Part shown: positions 47,101-57,314 of the stretch, one piece after another
Numbering within the stretch: the first letter of the stretch is position 1
How the letters are laid out: each line of letters opens with the position of its first letter
NCBI GenBank assembly: GCA_019244185.1
Contig: JAFATB010000019.1
Span: forward strand, 192,001 to 256,000
Length of the DNA stretch: 64,000 nt
From: Acidobacteriota bacterium
GTDB taxonomy: Bacteria; Acidobacteriota; Thermoanaerobaculia; Gp7-AA8
Direction: 5' to 3'
Notes under the pieces: model-generated
Told to the model about the DNA's origin: nothing
Database searches by the model: none
Seen by the model: the letters and a program-made list of their open reading frames with translations, nothing else
Position numbers and translations under genes: made by a program

Positions 47101-48499
47101 GCGATCGGTCGTGGCCGCGCTCGCGGCGGAAGGGATTCAGTACGCGGTCGTGCCGTTCACGCGCGCCGTCACGCGGCAGCAGCAAGCCTTTCGCGACCTC
47201 GGCAGCGCGACTCCGGCGTTCGACACGAACCTCATCTGCGTCAACGCCGACCAGGTTCCGCTGTTCTTCGAGAGCATGCGCGCGCAACTGCCGCGCGGCG
47301 CGCGAAACATCGGCCTCTGGGCGTGGGAAGTCGAAGAGCTCCCGGCCGCGATGGCGCGCAGCGAACGCTATTTCGACGAGGTGTGGGGCATCAGCAGCTT
47401 CACCGCCGAGTCGCTCGCGCGCCGCCTCACGAAACCCGTGCGCGCGTTCCCGCTGCCGGTCGTCGTGCCGCCGGTGCGCCGCCGCACGCGCGCAGAGCTC
47501 GGGATGCCGGACGGCTTTCTCTTTCTCTTCTGCTTCGACTACGACAGCGTGTTCCGCCGCAAGAATCCGCTCGCCGTCGTCGCGGCGTTTCGTGACGCAT
47601 TCGGCGATCGCGCCGACGTCGCGCTTTTCATCAAAACGACGAACGCCGGACGCCACGCCGCGGAACACGAAGAGCTCCGCGCCGCCGCCGCGGGCCGCGC
47701 GAGCATCATCATCCGCGACGCGTACGTCACGAGCGACGACTACTTTTCGATGCTCGACGCGTGCGACTGCTACGTCTCGCTGCATCGCTCCGAAGGGTTC
47801 GGGCTCACGGTCGCGGAAGCGATGGCGCTCGGCAAGCCGGTGATCAGCACCGCGTATTCGTCGACGCTGGAGTTCGCGAACGAGTCGAACAGCTTTCCGG
47901 TGCCGGCGCGGCTCGTCGACGTCGGCGAGCGCGCGGGCCCGTATCCGCCGCGCACGCGCTGGGCCGAGCCCGACGTCGCCATCGCCGCGCAACAGATGGC
48001 GCGCGTCGTCGACGATCGCAACGTCGCCGCGGCCACCGGCGCACGCGCGCGCGCCGACATCGAGACGCTGCACAGCCCCGCCGCGCGCGGGCCGCTGTTG
48101 CGACGCCTGCTGGACGAGAGCCGCGCCGCGCGCGCGATGACGATCACGAACGAGACCGACATGAACGCATTCGATCCGCTCCCGACCTCGCCCGACCCAC
48201 CCGGCGCCTTCGAACACGACGCCATGGCCGTCGAGTCGCTCCTCGGCACGCCGCGTCCCGATCTCCCCTCGCGCATGCAGCGCGTGGCGACGCCGCTGCG
48301 CCGGCTCGTGCTGCGCTTCATGCGCGTCTACTGGGTTCAGCAGCTCGGCGTCGACCGCGCGCTGCTCGCCGCGATGCGCACGCTGCGCCGCGAGTCGCGC
48401 GACGAAGCCGCGCACCTGCGCGAGGAGCTGGCGCGACTGACCGCGGAGGTGCACGCGTTGCGCGAGCACATCAGCGGGTCCGACGAGCGAAAGGACTGA
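44117..48499 (+). CDS. Multidomain sulfotransferase-GT2-GT-A-GT4 protein
   Basis: GMHRSGTS/WKDPRT; IVDDGS/LDADN/EDWDFW; YLDPDI/FVDQRW; SLHRSEGFGLTVAEAMALGKPVI. Confidence 0.92.
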   Translation: MTPPRRLIVTGMHRSGTSFVASLVAAWNVRMGERFLAPDRHNPSGYFEDLDFEELDAQMLVDATPDEAGHRDWGWTESETFDAAPLPAHRDAAAALVATRDRAGGAWGWKDPRTSLLLDFWDDVLERDARYLLIYRNPWEVADSMLRTGAAVWLTHPEYAAKIWAHYNRRILEFHRRNRERTLLVSIHRLLREPGAFASIVQQKFGIDADTDTIAALRNDALFVTRPDDDPLPRLWRHAHPGTLDLLGALDDAADLGNERSWEAASRRGAPQRAERPRLSVIVPCHDDGEYLLDSVASVERTAPAAELIIVDDGSTQPRTREVLDALREAGHRVIEQPHSGLSAARNRGISASTADYVLPLDADNRVLPGFVDDAIALLDADPAAGVVYGDRREFGTRSGDVTVPELALPRMLWSNYIDACAVIRRTVWNDAGGYDVALREWEDWDFWLRAAQRGWRFARIPRPVFEYRVRPGSLHDRFLQRTDYPELLRYIYGKHRDVVSEHAAEILIAAHDERWQLFRDIELLRASRDAIQYEIDRLANAQRAEAPTNTPLTNATRVFTIIARNYLAHARVLAASLARHNPRARLQVVVFDDPQRSITDETFDVVHADELPFDPPSELFTMAAIYDVMELATAIKPWAFAHFFARGASVVIYLDPDIEVFDSLGPLETLTRAHGMLLTPHITAPLPRDGKRPDERDLLLSGVYNLGFLALSAEAANAFLPWWRAQLRRDCLNDAAEGLFVDQRWVDFAPAFFTPFVLKDPGYNVAYWNLPHRVLARDGERIVVNEQPLRFLHYSGFSPRAPHLLSKHQYDDPRVRLSEQPLLAELCARYAAALNDAGYTESVSLPYGFASTAAGLRLDARMRRVLRRTYLADEANAGARAFPNPFSREGADDVVLRLLRPAPHAPDVPAYLAELWSERADLRVAFPRLDSTDAQRFLDWVRTQGAREHDVPAELIPPRAPRAAEIVVARREQLAPGVNVYGYAFAESGTGQIVRSVVAALAAEGIQYAVVPFTRAVTRQQQAFRDLGSATPAFDTNLICVNADQVPLFFESMRAQLPRGARNIGLWAWEVEELPAAMARSERYFDEVWGISSFTAESLARRLTKPVRAFPLPVVVPPVRRRTRAELGMPDGFLFLFCFDYDSVFRRKNPLAVVAAFRDAFGDRADVALFIKTTNAGRHAAEHEELRAAAAGRASIIIRDAYVTSDDYFSMLDACDCYVSLHRSEGFGLTVAEAMALGKPVISTAYSSTLEFANESNSFPVPARLVDVGERAGPYPPRTRWAEPDVAIAAQQMARVVDDRNVAAATGARARADIETLHSPAARGPLLRRLLDESRAARAMTITNETDMNAFDPLPTSPDPPGAFEHDAMAVESLLGTPRPDLPSRMQRVATPLRRLVLRFMRVYWVQQLGVDRALLAAMRTLRRESRDEAAHLREELARLTAEVHALREHISGSDERKD

Positions 48500-48538
48500 C
48501 GGAATATTGGACCGACGCGCGCTTCTTCCCTTTGCACC

Positions 48539-49381
48539 ATGACGCAGCCCGACACGCACGGAGTCATCGCCGCCGGCGACGCGCAGCGCCTCGCGCGCGA
48601 GGCGGGCGTCGATCCGCGCGGCCTCATGTCGCTGCTGTTGCCGCGCGCCGCGGAGTTCGCGCGGCCACCCGTCTCGAACTTTCACGTCGGCGCGGTCTGC
48701 CGCGGCGCCACGACCGGCAATCTCTACTTCGGCTCGAACATCGAGTTCGCGGGCACCGCGCTCTCGACGACCGTCCACGCCGAACAGTCGGCCGTCACGA
48801 ACGCGTGGATGAGCGGCGAGGAAGGCATCGCCGCGATCGCCGTGACGGCGCCGCCGTGCGGCTACTGCCGGCAGTTCCTCAACGAGCTTGCTACCGCCGA
48901 TCGCCTCGAGATTACAATCGCCGGCGAAACGCATCCGCTTTCGTTTTATCTGCCGGGCTCCTTCGGCCCGCGCGACCTCGGCATCGAGGGCGGTCTGATG
49001 CAGCGCGACGATCACGGCTTCACGCTCGATGCTACCGACGATGACGAGCTGCTGCGTGTCGCGCTCGACGCGGCGAACCGCAGCTACGCGCCGTACTCGC
49101 ACGCATACGGCGGCGTCGCGTTGCGCGCGGCCGACGGCACGATCGTCAGCGGCGCGTACGCGGAGAACGCCGCGTTCAATCCGAGCATGTCGCCGCTGCA
49201 GGTCGCGCTCTCGCGCCTCAATCTGCGCGGCATCGCCTTCGACGCGATCGTCGCGGCGGCACTGGTGCAGAGCGGGCCGGGCATCCACGAGGCGGCCACG
49301 CGCGAGGTGCTCGCGGCGGTCAGCGATGCGCCGCTGCGCGTCGCCAACGCGCGGAATGCCGGTGCTCCGCCGCGCCGTTGA
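48539..49381 (+). CDS. cdd: Cytidine deaminase (two-domain type)
   Basis: PVSNFHVGA, GSNIEF, VHAEQ, PCGYCRQF, SYAPYS, YAENAAFNPS. Confidence 0.95.
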   Translation: MTQPDTHGVIAAGDAQRLAREAGVDPRGLMSLLLPRAAEFARPPVSNFHVGAVCRGATTGNLYFGSNIEFAGTALSTTVHAEQSAVTNAWMSGEEGIAAIAVTAPPCGYCRQFLNELATADRLEITIAGETHPLSFYLPGSFGPRDLGIEGGLMQRDDHGFTLDATDDDELLRVALDAANRSYAPYSHAYGGVALRAADGTIVSGAYAENAAFNPSMSPLQVALSRLNLRGIAFDAIVAAALVQSGPGIHEAATREVLAAVSDAPLRVANARNAGAPPRR

Positions 49382-49388
49382 CGGGGCG

Positions 49389-49694
49389 ATGGACAATCAG
49401 CAGCAGCAACCGCAGAACACGATCCGCATCACGCTCGACGACGACGTCGCGCAGGGGCAGTACGTCAACTTCGCGAACATCATCCATTCGACGAGCGAGT
49501 TCGTGATCGACTTCGGCCGCGTCGTGCCCGGCCGGCCCGACGTGAAGATCTATAGCCGCGTCATCCTCACGCCGCTGCACACCAAGCAGCTGCTCGAAGC
49601 GCTCGGCCACAACGTCGCGCTCTTCGAACAGAAATTCGGCGAGATCCGCGGCGACGTCGACGCGCCGTTCTCGCAGAGCGAGCCGTCGAACTAA
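49389..49694 (+). CDS. DUF3467 family protein
   Basis: LDDDVAQGQYVNFANIIHSTSEFVIDF...SRVILTPLHTKQL...FGEI. Confidence 0.9.
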   Translation: MDNQQQQPQNTIRITLDDDVAQGQYVNFANIIHSTSEFVIDFGRVVPGRPDVKIYSRVILTPLHTKQLLEALGHNVALFEQKFGEIRGDVDAPFSQSEPSN

Positions 49695-49703
49695 CGACGC
49701 ACC

Positions 49704-51005
49704 GTGGCCACGATCAAGATCATCGGCGCCGGACTCGCCGGCAGCGAATGCGCGTACGCGCTCGCGCGCCGCGGACATCGCGTCGTGCTGCACGAGATGC
49801 GTCCCGTGAAGTCGACGCAGGCGCATCACACCAGCAACCTCGCGGAGCTCGTCTGCTCGAACTCCTTCCGCTCGTCCGCGGCGACGAATGCCGTCGGCCT
49901 GCTCAAGCAGGAAATGGCGCGCGTCGGCTCGCTCGTCATCCGCTGCGGCGAAGACGCGCGCGTGCCTGCCGGCGACGCGTTCGCCGTCGATCGCGACCGC
50001 TTCTCCGCCGCCGTCACCGACGCCATCGCGAACGAGCCGAATATCTCGCTGCAGCGCGGCGAAGTGACGACGCTCGATCGCGGCGACGCCGACTTTCTCG
50101 TCGTCGCCACCGGTCCGCTGACGAGCGATCCGCTCTTTCACGCCATCGACGAATTTCTCGGCCGCGACGGCTTGTATTTCTACGACGCCATCGCGCCGAT
50201 CGTCGCCGCCGACTCGCTCGATTTCTCGAAGCTCTACTGGAAATCGCGCTACGGCAAAGGCAACGCAACCGACTACCTCAACGCGGCGATGAACCGCGAA
50301 GAGTACGAAGCGTTCGTCGCGGCGCTCCTTTCCGCCGAGCTCTTCGCGCCGCACGACTTCGAGAAAGCGGTGCACTTCGAAGGCTGCCTGCCGGTCGAGG
50401 AGATCGCCTCGCGCGGCATCGACACGCTGCGCTTCGGCCCGATGAAACCGGTCGGCCTCGAACATCCGGAGACCAACGAGCGGCCGCACGCGGTCGTGCA
50501 GCTGCGCAAGGAAGATCTCTCCGACGAATACTTCAACCTCGTCGGCTTCCAGACCAAGATGCGTATCCCCGAACAGCAGCGCGTCATCCGCATGATTCCG
50601 GGACTCGCGAACGCCACCTTCGCGCGCTTCGGCTCGATGCATCGCAACACGTTCATCAACGGCCCGCGCCATCTGCGCGCGACGTTTCAAACGAAACGCG
50701 ACGAGCGCGTCTTCTTCGCCGGACAGATCACCGGCGTCGAAGGCTACGTCGAGTCGTCCGCCGTCGGCCTCCTCGTCGCGCGCTACATCGACGAGCTCGC
50801 GCGCACCGGCACCGCGACGCCGCTCCCGTATCACACCGCCCTCGGCGCGCTCGGGCGCCACGTCGCGGAGTCGTCGCCCGATCGCTACCAGCCGTCGAAC
50901 GTGACGTGGGCGCTGATCGAAGATGTCGTCGGCCGCGCGAAGAAAATCGAGAAGCGCGAGCGGCAGGCCGCGGCGGCGCTGTCGACGATCGAAAAAATCG
51001 CGTGA
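49704..51005 (+). CDS. trmFO: tRNA (uracil-5-)-methyltransferase TrmFO
   Basis: IIGAGLAGSEC, AELVCSNSF, FYDAIAPIV, FEGCLPVE, LRFGPMKPVGL, GQITGVEGY. Confidence 0.97.
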   Translation: MATIKIIGAGLAGSECAYALARRGHRVVLHEMRPVKSTQAHHTSNLAELVCSNSFRSSAATNAVGLLKQEMARVGSLVIRCGEDARVPAGDAFAVDRDRFSAAVTDAIANEPNISLQRGEVTTLDRGDADFLVVATGPLTSDPLFHAIDEFLGRDGLYFYDAIAPIVAADSLDFSKLYWKSRYGKGNATDYLNAAMNREEYEAFVAALLSAELFAPHDFEKAVHFEGCLPVEEIASRGIDTLRFGPMKPVGLEHPETNERPHAVVQLRKEDLSDEYFNLVGFQTKMRIPEQQRVIRMIPGLANATFARFGSMHRNTFINGPRHLRATFQTKRDERVFFAGQITGVEGYVESSAVGLLVARYIDELARTGTATPLPYHTALGALGRHVAESSPDRYQPSNVTWALIEDVVGRAKKIEKRERQAAAALSTIEKIA

Positions 51006-51008
51006 CCC

Positions 51009-51037
51009 GGTAGGGAAACACGCGCGGCGCGCACTCC
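51009..51037 (+). promoter_or_regulatory. GGTAGGGAA-N14-CACTCC motif, copy 4 (host gene, near-leaderless)
   Basis: Exact motif; the ATG follows 6 nt after CACTCC. Confidence 0.75.
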
Positions 51038-51043
51038 TTGGAC

Positions 51044-52630
51044 ATGCCGCTATCGCAGATCGAGCACATCGTCGTCGTAATGCTGGAGAACCGGTCGTTC
51101 GACAACGTTCTCGGCTGGCTCTACGACGCGCGCAACGCGCCGCCATTCCAGACGCCGCCGAACGATGCGACCTTCGACGGACTCTCCGGCGCGAACGCCT
51201 CGAATCCGTACAACGGCAGGAACGTCCCCGCCGCGTACGGCAGCGCGAACACGACGCCGAATCCCGATCCGAACGAGGAGTATCAGTACGTCTACGCGCA
51301 GCTGAACGGCGGCGCCGGCATCCTGCCGTTCCCGCCTCCGCCGTTGCCGTCGTGCACGGATACGCCGCCGCCCGACATGCAGGGCTTCATCAATGACTAC
51401 GCGGAAGCGCTGCAGACGGAGGCGCCGCACCAAGACCCGACGGCGATCATGGACTGCTTCACGCCGGCGCAGTTGCCGGTGATCTCGACGCTCGCGAACG
51501 CGTACGCTACGTGCGACGCGTGGTTCTGTTCCGTGCCGTCGCAGACGTACACGAACCGCTCGTTCGTCCACGCCGGCACCGCGTCGGGTTACGTCAACAA
51601 CTCGTGGAAGAACCCCGGCTTTCCGCCGCTCGAGTTCTTCGTCAACGACACGCCGACGATCTACAACCTGCTCGAGAACGCCGGCGTCTCGTGGCGCATC
51701 TACTACGGCACCGCGCTCTTTCTCTGCCAGGCGTTTCTCAATCAGCACCAGCTGCGGCCGTTCGCCCTCGACTCCTCGCAGCGCCGCTTCTTCCCGTTCG
51801 CGCAGTTCGCCGCCGACGCCGCGGATGCATCGACCTTCCCGAGCTACGTCTTCATCGAGCCGAACTTCATCGGCAACCCGTGGACGGGACCGGAGAACGA
51901 CGAGCATCCGCAGGCGACGCCGACCGAGGAGGGAGGCGCGTCGAATGTCGAATACGGAGAGGAGTTGCTGTCGAACATCTATTGGACGCTGCGCGGCAAC
52001 GAGGAGCTGTGGAACTCGACGCTGCTGGTGATCCTGTTCGACGAGCACGGCGGGACGTTCGACCACGTGCCTCCGCCGTGCACGATCTCACCCGATGGCG
52101 TGACGGTCGCGAACGCCGGCGGCTACAGCTTCAACTTCGATCGACTCGGCGTGCGCGTGCCCGCGGTGCTCGTCTCGCCGCTCATCGATCAGCAGGTGGT
52201 GCACACGCAGTTCGATCACACCTCCGTGCTGCGCACGGCCATCGAACGCTTTCTGCCGAACGGCACGACGCTCGGCCAGCGCGAGACCGCGGCGTCGTCG
52301 CTCGATGCGATCATCAATCGCACGACGCCGCGCACCGACGATCCCGGCGTGCCGAAGATCACCATCGGCTGGACGCCCGACGACTTCACGATCGAGGATC
52401 CGAAGCTCTCCAAGTTTCAGCGCGAGCTCCTCGCACACGCGATCATCGCGGCCGGCGACGCCGCAAAAGACCTCGGCATCGCCGGCCCCATTCTCGATTT
52501 CCTCGCGCATCTCGCCGGCGACGTCGCGGGCCTCTTCGCGTGGCTCGACCGCCGGTCGGATGCGATCGGCATCGTTCGCCACCTGCTCACGCTCGAGGAA
52601 CATCTCTTCGGCGATCAACGGATCGTGTAG
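51044..52630 (+). CDS. Phospholipase C / phosphoesterase family protein
   Basis: IEHIVVVMLENRSFD, DAWFCSVP, FDEHGGTFDHVPPP, LGVRVPAVLVSP. Confidence 0.93.
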   Translation: MPLSQIEHIVVVMLENRSFDNVLGWLYDARNAPPFQTPPNDATFDGLSGANASNPYNGRNVPAAYGSANTTPNPDPNEEYQYVYAQLNGGAGILPFPPPPLPSCTDTPPPDMQGFINDYAEALQTEAPHQDPTAIMDCFTPAQLPVISTLANAYATCDAWFCSVPSQTYTNRSFVHAGTASGYVNNSWKNPGFPPLEFFVNDTPTIYNLLENAGVSWRIYYGTALFLCQAFLNQHQLRPFALDSSQRRFFPFAQFAADAADASTFPSYVFIEPNFIGNPWTGPENDEHPQATPTEEGGASNVEYGEELLSNIYWTLRGNEELWNSTLLVILFDEHGGTFDHVPPPCTISPDGVTVANAGGYSFNFDRLGVRVPAVLVSPLIDQQVVHTQFDHTSVLRTAIERFLPNGTTLGQRETAASSLDAIINRTTPRTDDPGVPKITIGWTPDDFTIEDPKLSKFQRELLAHAIIAAGDAAKDLGIAGPILDFLAHLAGDVAGLFAWLDRRSDAIGIVRHLLTLEEHLFGDQRIV

Positions 52631-54453
52631 CGCAGCCCCGCGACGGCACGCCGCCCCGGCGACGCGTAGCCGAACACTTCCTGATAGCGCGTGTTCGTGA
52701 GGTTCTCCAGCTTCACGTACGGCGCGAGAGCGCCGACGTGCGTGCGCACGGTGACGTCCGCGGTGGTGAACGCTTCCGCGTTGACGGTGCCGAACGGGAA
52801 GAGATCGGTGACGTCGGCGCGCGCGCCCTGATGCGTCACGACGAGCTCCGCGTCATAGTTGCCGGCGTTGTAGCCGAACGACAGCGACCCGCTGTGCTTC
52901 GGACGGCGCAGCAGTTCCTCACCCGTCGCCTGATCTTCCGTCTTCAGAAACGTGTAGCTGAGCGCGACGTCGAACGGTCCCGCGTGATGCGAAGCCGCGA
53001 GCTCGACGCCGTTCGCGTTCGCGCGCTGCACGTTCTCGAACGAGCCGCTGCTGCCGAACGCGATGAGGCCGCGGTACTGCGAGCGGAACAGCGTCGCGGA
53101 GAGCGTCGCAACGTTCGTGAAGCGGTCATAGCCGATCTCGACGTTGCGGCTGCGCTCGGGGCCGAGGTTCAGATTGCCGCCGAACGGGAAATAGAGCTCG
53201 CCGATCGACGGCGCGCGGAAGCCTTCGCCGTACGCCGCGCGGATCTTGTGTCCGCCGCGCAGCCACGCCGCGGCGAGGCGCGGTGTGGTCTCGCTGCCGA
53301 AGGTGTCGTAGTGGTCGTAGCGGATACCCGCTGTGAGTTCAACGCGTCCGCTGCCGGCGCCGAATCCGAGCTGGTCTTCCGCGAACACCGAGTCGCTCTT
53401 GCGGCGGCGCGTGTCGAACTGCGCGAAGTTGTCGCGATGATCGACGGCGTCGCGACCGAGCTCGCCGCCGATCGTGATCATGCCGAGCGCGCTCTTACCG
53501 CTCGCGGTCGCGCGCGCCGTGCGGACGCGCGCGTGCGTCGTCGCCTCCTCGGGACCGAACGCGCCGAGGGGATCGGCGAAGTGATCGTCGCGACGGTTCT
53601 CCGCGTAATGCAGCTCGTACGCGATGCGGCCGCCGTCGAAACGCACCGGCACGGCGAACTGCGACTCGGTGCCGTCTTCGCCGCGCGCGGGCGACGGCTC
53701 GAACGCGTCCGCCGCAGCGTTGACGTTGAACGGAATGCCGAGATCGTACGTGCTGCGCCGTCCGAGCACGCCGATCGACAGATGATCGATCGGACGGAAC
53801 GTGAGTCCGCCCAGGAACGTGGTCGAGCGGAAGTCGTCGTTGGCGGCGAAGCCGTCGTCCTGACGATGTTCCGCGCTCGCGTTCGCGCTCCAGCGATCGG
53901 ACGCGTACGCGCCGCTCGCCAGCGCGTTGACCAGACCGTGGCCGCCGCCCGCGACTTCCACGACCGCGCCGCTGCGGCTCGGAGTCGTCAACACGTTGAC
54001 CACTCCGCTGACGGCCTCGGAACCGTACAGCGCCGAGAACGGACCGCGCACGACTTCCACGCGCTCGACGCCCGCTGTCGACATCTGCCCGAAGTTGTAG
54101 CCGGAGAAGTACGGGTTGTTGAGCGGGATGCCGTTCCACAGCACGAGCGCCTGCTTCGAGCTGCCGCCGCGAATGAAGAGCGACGTCGCCTTGCCGTTGC
54201 TGCCGGTGCGCGAGACGGCGACGCCCGGCACTTCGCGCAGAACGTCGGAGACGTCGCGCGCCTCGCGGCGTTCGATGTCCTCGCGATGAATGACCGTCAC
54301 GGAAGCCGGCGTCTCCTCGACGGAGTCCGGCACCGCGGAGGCCGTGACGACGATCTCCTGCGCGACGGGTTGCGTGGTTGTTGTGGTGGTGGTGGTTTGT
54401 GCGGCGAGTGGTGAGACGAGCAGAAAAACGAAAACGAAATGCAGTAGCTTCAC
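52615..54453 (-). CDS. btuB: TonB-dependent receptor, BtuB-like (vitamin B12)
   Basis: Signal peptide, EIVVTAS, VERVEVVRGPFSALYGSEA, ENLTNTRY; lies under a cobalamin riboswitch. Confidence 0.88.
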   Translation of the reverse strand: MKLLHFVFVFLLVSPLAAQTTTTTTTTQPVAQEIVVTASAVPDSVEETPASVTVIHREDIERREARDVSDVLREVPGVAVSRTGSNGKATSLFIRGGSSKQALVLWNGIPLNNPYFSGYNFGQMSTAGVERVEVVRGPFSALYGSEAVSGVVNVLTTPSRSGAVVEVAGGGHGLVNALASGAYASDRWSANASAEHRQDDGFAANDDFRSTTFLGGLTFRPIDHLSIGVLGRRSTYDLGIPFNVNAAADAFEPSPARGEDGTESQFAVPVRFDGGRIAYELHYAENRRDDHFADPLGAFGPEEATTHARVRTARATASGKSALGMITIGGELGRDAVDHRDNFAQFDTRRRKSDSVFAEDQLGFGAGSGRVELTAGIRYDHYDTFGSETTPRLAAAWLRGGHKIRAAYGEGFRAPSIGELYFPFGGNLNLGPERSRNVEIGYDRFTNVATLSATLFRSQYRGLIAFGSSGSFENVQRANANGVELAASHHAGPFDVALSYTFLKTEDQATGEELLRRPKHSGSLSFGYNAGNYDAELVVTHQGARADVTDLFPFGTVNAEAFTTADVTVRTHVGALAPYVKLENLTNTRYQEVFGYASPGRRAVAGLRYTIR

Positions 54454-54492
54454 GACGACTCCTCCCTCCGAAGAGGCCGATGCGATTCGAAT

Positions 54493-54651
54493 GTTCGAGC
54501 GGTCGGTCTCCTGGCTTCCGGGTCGTCCTTCCCACGTCCCCTTCCCGCTGTCGCAGTGGGGGCCCGCGAGGGCCAAGGCGTGGGTCGTCTCCGGTTACAG
54601 TGGCGGGGGCCGCGCCGGTTTCACACCGGCTTCCCGTTCACCGTCTCGAAC
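54493..54651 (-). ncRNA. Cobalamin riboswitch
   Basis: AACGGGAAGCCGGTGTGAAACCGGC...GCCCCCGCCACTGTAAC...CCACTG..CGGGAAGG...AGCCAGGAGACC; closing stem GTTCGAG/CTCGAAC. Confidence 0.95.
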
Positions 54652-54681
54652 GCAAATTGGAAAAGAACAGGGGCCGCGATT

Positions 54682-55998
54682 CTACTGCGTTCGCGGCCGA
54701 TTCCTGAATTTGTCGTAGAGCAGCGTGTGCCGCGACTGCATCGAAATGTCTTCGCCGTTGATGAAGACGCGTTTTACGTTTGTGCGCAGCTCGAGCGGAT
54801 CACCGTCGGTGATGATGACGTTCGCGATCTTCCCGACTTCGAGCGAGCCGAGACGATCGGCGACGCCGAAGATGCGCGCGGGATAGATCGTGATCGCCTT
54901 GAGCGCCTCATCTTTTGGCAGCCCGAACGCCGCGCACGCGGCCGCGTGATACGGCAGGTTGCGCGTGTTGTGCGCCTCGTCGGTCTTGATCGCGAAGAGG
55001 ATGCCGTTGTCGAGCAGCGTCTTCGCGTTCGTGAAGAGCAGATCGTACGGATCGTCTTCGCGCTGCGGCAGCGCGAGCGTCGGCCCGAGGAGCACCGGGA
55101 TGTTGCGCTGCTTGAGGTCGGGGATCACTTCGGCCACGTCCTGCGCGCCGGAGAGAATCACCTTCAAGTTGAATTCGTCCGCGAACGCCAGCGCCGCGCG
55201 GATGTCGCGCGCGAGGTTCGCATGCATCACGACCGGCTCGCGTCCTTCCACGACCGGGACGAGCGCCTCCAGAATGAGGTCGCGGTCGAAGCGATGCACG
55301 TCCTTGTTCGACGCGCGCGCTGACGCCGCGCGCGCGTACGCCTGCGCGTCGCGGAAGACGTCGCGCAGCTTGTCGATCTCCGCCGCGTACGTCTTGCGCC
55401 GGTTCTTCTCCGCTTCCTCGTCCTGCGGCACGTCGCCGAAGTCGCCGCTGCGCAGGCGCGGGAACCGAATGTTCATCGCCGCGGGCGACTTGATCACCAT
55501 CTCCTGCGGCGTCCAGCCCGCGAGCTGAATGAGCGCGCTCTGGCCGGAGATGATGCCGCCTTCGGGAACGGTGACGATGTTCGTGACGCCGTTCACGCGC
55601 GTCACCGGAATGAGCTCGCTGTGCGGATTGATGGCGACCGCAGCGCTCGCGTTCGCGTTGAAGTCGCCGAGCTCCGTCGTGTCGACCGTGCCGGGCACCG
55701 AGTCGATCTCCGTGAGCCCGACGCTCGACGACGCGTCGATCATCCCCGGATAGACGAAGAGCCCCGTGCCGTCGATGACCGTCGCATTCGCCGGAACCGC
55801 GACGTTCGCGCCGACGGCCGTGATGACACCGTTGCCGAAGACGATCGTGCCGTTCGGAATCGGCGCCGACGTAACGGGAACGATCGTCGCGTTGCGGATC
55901 GCGACGAGCGGTTTCACGCCCGGATCGTTCGGAATGACGGACTGCCCGAACGCCGCCGAGCCGGCAAGCAGCAGCGCGGCAAAGAAGACCTTCCTCAT
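54682..55998 (-). CDS. Secreted amidohydrolase-family protein
   Basis: Signal peptide; VYPGMIDA; [10 protein letters not shown]. Confidence 0.9.
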   Translation of the reverse strand: MRKVFFAALLLAGSAAFGQSVIPNDPGVKPLVAIRNATIVPVTSAPIPNGTIVFGNGVITAVGANVAVPANATVIDGTGLFVYPGMIDASSSVGLTEIDSVPGTVDTTELGDFNANASAAVAINPHSELIPVTRVNGVTNIVTVPEGGIISGQSALIQLAGWTPQEMVIKSPAAMNIRFPRLRSGDFGDVPQDEEAEKNRRKTYAAEIDKLRDVFRDAQAYARAASARASNKDVHRFDRDLILEALVPVVEGREPVVMHANLARDIRAALAFADEFNLKVILSGAQDVAEVIPDLKQRNIPVLLGPTLALPQREDDPYDLLFTNAKTLLDNGILFAIKTDEAHNTRNLPYHAAACAAFGLPKDEALKAITIYPARIFGVADRLGSLEVGKIANVIITDGDPLELRTNVKRVFINGEDISMQSRHTLLYDKFRNRPRTQ

Positions 55999-57314
55999 TT
56001 CGATTTCTCCTTCTTCGCGGCGTCGTCTTCCGCTTTGAGGCGCTGCTGCTTCTCGCGCTTCATCGCCTCGCGCTGCTGCAGGTCGCGCTGGCGATCGAAG
56101 ACGATCTCGCCGTCGACGAACGTCGTGTCGACGCGCGCGTACGACGATAGCGGATGCGCGGTCCAGATCGCGAGATCGGCGTCCTTGCCCACTTCGATCG
56201 AGCCCATGCGATGGTCGAGGCGCAGCTGCTTGGCCGGATTGATGGTGCAGAGCCGCAACGCCTCGTCTTCACTCAGGCCGCCGTACTTCATCGACTTCGC
56301 CGCGTCCTGATTGAGGTGCCGCGCGAGCTCGTCGGAGTCGGAGTTCACCGAGACGATCACGTTGTTCCGCGTCATGAGCGCGACGTTGTACGGGATCGCG
56401 TCATACGCCTCGGCTTTGTAGCCCCACCAGTCGATGAACGTGCCGCCGGTGACGCCGTGCGCGGCGATTTCCGGCGCGACCTTATAGCCCTCGAGCACGT
56501 GCTGCAGCTCGCGCACTTTGAACCCGAGCTCGTCGGAGAGATTGAGCAGCATCAGGATCTCATCCGCGCGATAGCAGTGCGAGTGGATGTCGACCTTGCC
56601 GCGCAGGATGTCCGCCATCTCTTCCATGAGCAGATCGCGGCGCGGCGGGATCGCATCTTCGCCGCGCTTCTTCTTCGCGTCGTACTCGTCCCACGCCGCG
56701 AGGTAATCGCGCGCGTCGACGAACGACTTGCGGATCACTTCCTCGACGCCCATGCGCGTGGCCGGATACTGGCGCGGCTGGCCTTCGGGCGGCCGGAAGT
56801 TCGCGGATTTCGGGTTCTCGCCGAGCGCGAACTTGATCGTGCGCGGCGCATCGGGGATCGGCCACTCGGAGATCGGATGGCCCCACTTCCACTTCACGAT
56901 CTGGCTCTGGCCGCCAATCGAGTTCGCGGAGCCGTGCAGCACGAGCGCGGCGGTCGTGCCGCCGGCGAGCTGGCGATACACGTTGATGTCCGTCGCCGTG
57001 AGTACGTCGGCGATGCGCACGTTGCCGCTGTTCGGCAGCGAGATCTCGTTGACGCTGCCTTCGATCGCGGTGTGGCTGTGCGTGTCGATGATGCCGGGCA
57101 GCACGAACTTGCCGCTCGCGTCGATGACCTGCGCGCCCGCCGGCGCGGCGAGGTCGCGGCCGACCGCGGCGATCTTCGTGCCGCGAATGAGCACCGAGCC
57201 GTTCTCGATCGTGCCGTTGGTGATCGTGAGGATGGTCGCGTTGCGGATGAGCGTGACGCGCTCCTGCGCGAACGCGCTGCAGGCGAACAGCAGAACTGCG
57301 ACGAGCTTTCTCAT
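55995..57314 (-). CDS. Secreted amidohydrolase (metal ligands present)
   Basis: [42 protein letters not shown]. Confidence 0.93.
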   Translation of the reverse strand: MRKLVAVLLFACSAFAQERVTLIRNATILTITNGTIENGSVLIRGTKIAAVGRDLAAPAGAQVIDASGKFVLPGIIDTHSHTAIEGSVNEISLPNSGNVRIADVLTATDINVYRQLAGGTTAALVLHGSANSIGGQSQIVKWKWGHPISEWPIPDAPRTIKFALGENPKSANFRPPEGQPRQYPATRMGVEEVIRKSFVDARDYLAAWDEYDAKKKRGEDAIPPRRDLLMEEMADILRGKVDIHSHCYRADEILMLLNLSDELGFKVRELQHVLEGYKVAPEIAAHGVTGGTFIDWWGYKAEAYDAIPYNVALMTRNNVIVSVNSDSDELARHLNQDAAKSMKYGGLSEDEALRLCTINPAKQLRLDHRMGSIEVGKDADLAIWTAHPLSSYARVDTTFVDGEIVFDRQRDLQQREAMKREKQQRLKAEDDAAKKEKSK

